This document shows positions 5,611 through 7,929 of a stretch of DNA of 7,929 nucleotides, in pieces. Numbering within the stretch: the stretch's first letter is position 1; each line of letters opens with the position of its first letter. Source of the DNA: Candidatus Micrarchaeaceae archaeon (lineage in GTDB: Archaea; Micrarchaeota; Micrarchaeia; Micrarchaeales; CABMGC01); NCBI GenBank assembly GCA_038873795.1, contig JAVZDR010000025.1, forward strand, positions 1 through 7,929, written 5' to 3'. The notes beneath the pieces were generated by a model. It did not search any database and was not told where the DNA came from. It was given only the letters and a program-made list of their open reading frames with translations. The translations under genes and the position numbers were made by a program.

Positions 5611-6651
5611 TTATATATAGTCTATCTTAGCCGCGCCGCCTTCCTCCCTTTCCTCACCAGCAGGCTTGCCAAAAAGTGATGATCCAGAAACCCCCGCAAA
5701 TATTGCCATCACTTCTATCTTCGATTCATACGTGCTGTCTATCCTTGCACCCCAAGTCACATATGCATCTGGCGATACATGTTCTGTGAGCTTTGAGCCA
5801 ATTTCATTTGCCTCACCAAGAGTCATGTCAGGCCCGCCCAGTATGAATATAAGTACGCCCTTTGCGTTTGTATAGTCCACATCAAGCAGCTTGTTCTTCA
5901 GAGTCGATTCTACAACAGCATCGACCCTGTCGTGTCCAGATGCAGAGCCTACGCTTATCATGGCGAGGCCTCCTGCTGCCATAACAGTCCTTACATCAGC
6001 AAAATCGAGGTTGATAAGGCTCGGTTGCGTTATTGCTTCTGTTATGCCCTTCACAGCCTTGGCTGTTATCTCATCTGCAAGCATGAACGCCTTTTCTATC
6101 TGCATGTTCGGATACAGCGTGAAGAGCCTCTGGTTGTCTATGACTATAAGAGTATCAACATTCCTTTTCAGCTTCTCTATGCCGCTTTTTGCCACATTCA
6201 GCCTTACTCTCTCCAAGGCGAATGGCATCGTGACTATGCCTATGACTATTGCACCGTTTCTCTTCGCTATATCTGCTATTACAGGCGAAGCGCCAGTTCC
6301 AGTGCCCCCACCCATGCCAGCGGTGAGGAAAGCGAGGTTTATGTCCTTAAGCATTATTTCTATCTCATTCCTTGAAAGCTCTCCCGCCTTCTCGCCTATC
6401 TCAGGGAATCCACCAGCGCCGAGGCCCCTTGTTATGCTCTCGCCAAGCACAAGCTTTTTTATAGATGGATTTACCATGCTTAGGTGTTTTGCATCGGTAT
6501 TGAATGCAAAGAGTTCTGCCCCATGTATGTCGAGCTTGCTTATCCTATGCACAGTATTTGTTCCGGCCCCGCCAACGCCTATAACTGCTATTCTTGGGGT
6601 AAACAGCTCGCTGTGTGAAACAGCTTCTGAAGATTCAGCAAAAGTTTCCAT
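5611..6651 (-). CDS. ftsZ: Cell division protein FtsZ, FtsZ2-type, 346 aa
   Basis: GVGGAG, NTD, GLGAGG.PE.G, tubulin signature GGGTGTG, T7 loop PSLINLDFADV and C-terminal IDYI. PF..ER.R and QPSLINLD resemble archaeal FtsZ2. The start was moved to ATG 6651 because the longer ORF overlaps the divergent AKR gene. Confidence 0.95.
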   Translation of the reverse strand: METFAESSEAVSHSELFTPRIAVIGVGGAGTNTVHRISKLDIHGAELFAFNTDAKHLSMVNPSIKKLVLGESITRGLGAGGFPEIGEKAGELSRNEIEIMLKDINLAFLTAGMGGGTGTGASPVIADIAKRNGAIVIGIVTMPFALERVRLNVAKSGIEKLKRNVDTLIVIDNQRLFTLYPNMQIEKAFMLADEITAKAVKGITEAITQPSLINLDFADVRTVMAAGGLAMISVGSASGHDRVDAVVESTLKNKLLDVDYTNAKGVLIFILGGPDMTLGEANEIGSKLTEHVSPDAYVTWGARIDSTYESKIEVMAIFAGVSGSSLFGKPAGEEREEGGAAKIDYI

Positions 6652-6722
6652 ATTACCACGATTAACTATACTATAAATAGAATGAAATATTTTTCTGTTT
6701 TTCAATATAAGGTCGTGGGTCA
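6652..6722. promoter_or_regulatory. Divergent promoter region between ftsZ and the AKR gene
   Basis: 71-nt AT-rich spacer containing TATAAAT at about 6672-6678 and G-rich SD-like stretches before both ATGs. Confidence 0.4.
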
Positions 6723-7664
6723 ATGATTTATAAGGAGCTTGGCAGGACGGGCGAGAAAATATCGGCATTGGGCATGGGTACCTGGAAGATACCGAATGAC
6801 TCACAAGGCGGCATAGACGCAATAAGATATGGCATAGAAAACGGCATTAACTTCATAGACACGGCAGAAATGTACGGCAACGAGGAGCTTGTGGGCAAGG
6901 CAATAAAAGGAATAGACAGCGCCTTCATCGCGACTAAGGTGTCGCCGTCACACTTCAGCTATGACGATGTAATACGCGCATGTGAAAACAGCCTCCACAG
7001 ACTCGGCAGAAAGAGTATAGACCTCTACCAGCTGCATTGGCCAAATAGTAGAATACCTATATCGGAAACAATGCGCGCCATGGAAAAGCTGCATGATGAA
7101 GGCAAAATAAGGCATATCGGTGTGAGCAATTTTTCAATAAACGAGATGATAGAAGCCCAGGAAGCACTCAGCCATACAGAAATAGTCTCAAATCAGGTCG
7201 AATACAGTATAGTGATGAGAGAGCCGGAGGAAGGCTTGCTGCAATTCTGCAACAGAGAATCAGTAACGCTTATCGCATACAGCCCACTTGCCAGGGGCGC
7301 AATCACAAGAAATCAGCAACTAATGAAAGTTCTCAAAGAAATTGGTGACAAATACAAGAAGACGCCAGTGCAAGTCGCATTAAACTACCTTATCAGCAGT
7401 GGCAATGTCATCCCAATACCAAAGGCATCAACAAAGGAGCATATAGAAGAAAACATAGGCGCTGTGCCTTGGAGGCTCTCGGAAGACGATCTGAGCAGAC
7501 TCAAGAGCATGGATAACTTCAAGCGGCCGCCGCTCGCCGGCAAGATGCTCAAAGCATTCCTAAAGAATACTACTATATGGTCTAGGGTGATGGAGCGCAT
7601 CGAAAAAATGCGTTCGGGCAGAAAAGGAAAAAACAGCACTGCAGAGCAGCAAGAGAATTCTTGA
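6723..7664 (+). CDS. Aldo/keto reductase, 313 aa
   Basis: LGMGTW, catalytic tetrad in DTAEMY / ATKV / LYQLHWP, IGVSNF, SNQVEYS, AYSPLARG and IPKAS motifs. Confidence 0.95.
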   Translation: MIYKELGRTGEKISALGMGTWKIPNDSQGGIDAIRYGIENGINFIDTAEMYGNEELVGKAIKGIDSAFIATKVSPSHFSYDDVIRACENSLHRLGRKSIDLYQLHWPNSRIPISETMRAMEKLHDEGKIRHIGVSNFSINEMIEAQEALSHTEIVSNQVEYSIVMREPEEGLLQFCNRESVTLIAYSPLARGAITRNQQLMKVLKEIGDKYKKTPVQVALNYLISSGNVIPIPKASTKEHIEENIGAVPWRLSEDDLSRLKSMDNFKRPPLAGKMLKAFLKNTTIWSRVMERIEKMRSGRKGKNSTAEQQENS

Positions 7665-7692
7665 ATATGTATACGAATGCACTTGGTCCCTC

Positions 7693-7929
7693 TCAGCCCT
7701 TCGCTTTTATTATGGTGCTAACGACAGGCTTGCCCATCAGCGCGTCCCTCAACCTTCCAGGAACAGTCGCATTTACTATCTGGCATGTTGATCCATACTT
7801 TCTTGAAATATTGTAAAGAAACTGGAGCTTGCTGTGCATACCGCCCGTAACATCAATCTTGAGGGATGCCCCCGCGCCATTCAATGCTTCTCTTATGTTC
7901 TTTTTGTTGATTTTCCTTATGAGTTTTGC
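7693..7929 (-). CDS. Isopentenyl phosphate kinase (amino-acid kinase family), 3' part; the gene starts beyond the window
   Basis: The frame is open to the window edge: AKLIRKINKKNIREALNGAGASLKIDVTGGMHSKL...IVNATVPGRLRDALMGKPVVSTII. DVTGGM..K and the C-terminal pattern are typical of archaeal IPK. Confidence 0.78.
   Translation of the reverse strand, partial: AKLIRKINKKNIREALNGAGASLKIDVTGGMHSKLQFLYNISRKYGSTCQIVNATVPGRLRDALMGKPVVSTIIKAKG

Noticed and set aside
6652..6822. 57-aa N-terminal extension of FtsZ
   Set aside because: It overlaps the divergent AKR gene and promoter and is not FtsZ-like.
5666..7639. Antisense ORFs 5666-5875, 5891-6676, 5932-6375, 6728-6928 and 7385-7639
   Set aside because: They lie fully opposite ftsZ or the AKR gene and have no independent support.

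Overview
Compact archaeal housekeeping region. A DPANN origin such as Micrarchaeota is inferred from gene styles, tight packing and a non-canonical tRNA intron; it was not verified. Contents in order: tRNA-Leu(TAA) with an 18-nt D-loop intron, a PAC2 proteasome-chaperone gene, a two-repeat Cc1-like small basic protein, tRNA-Arg(GCG), a four-CxxC zinc-finger microprotein missed by the ORF track and coupled to aEF-1beta, a Mut7-C PIN/Zn-ribbon protein, a stand-alone Rad50-like SMC ATPase, a protein disulfide oxidoreductase (PDO), an FtsZ2-type FtsZ, an aldo/keto reductase and the 3' end of isopentenyl phosphate kinase. No mobile elements or CRISPR arrays were seen. The most striking observation is that two conserved genes (the zinc finger and PDO) have no usable ATG/GTG/TTG for their full-length form. 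Both appear to start at ATA in an identical TTAGGGTGA-N4-ATA-G context, the same spacing used by ATG genes in the window. A G-U-rich, strand-specific hairpin also sits in the predicted PDO leader.
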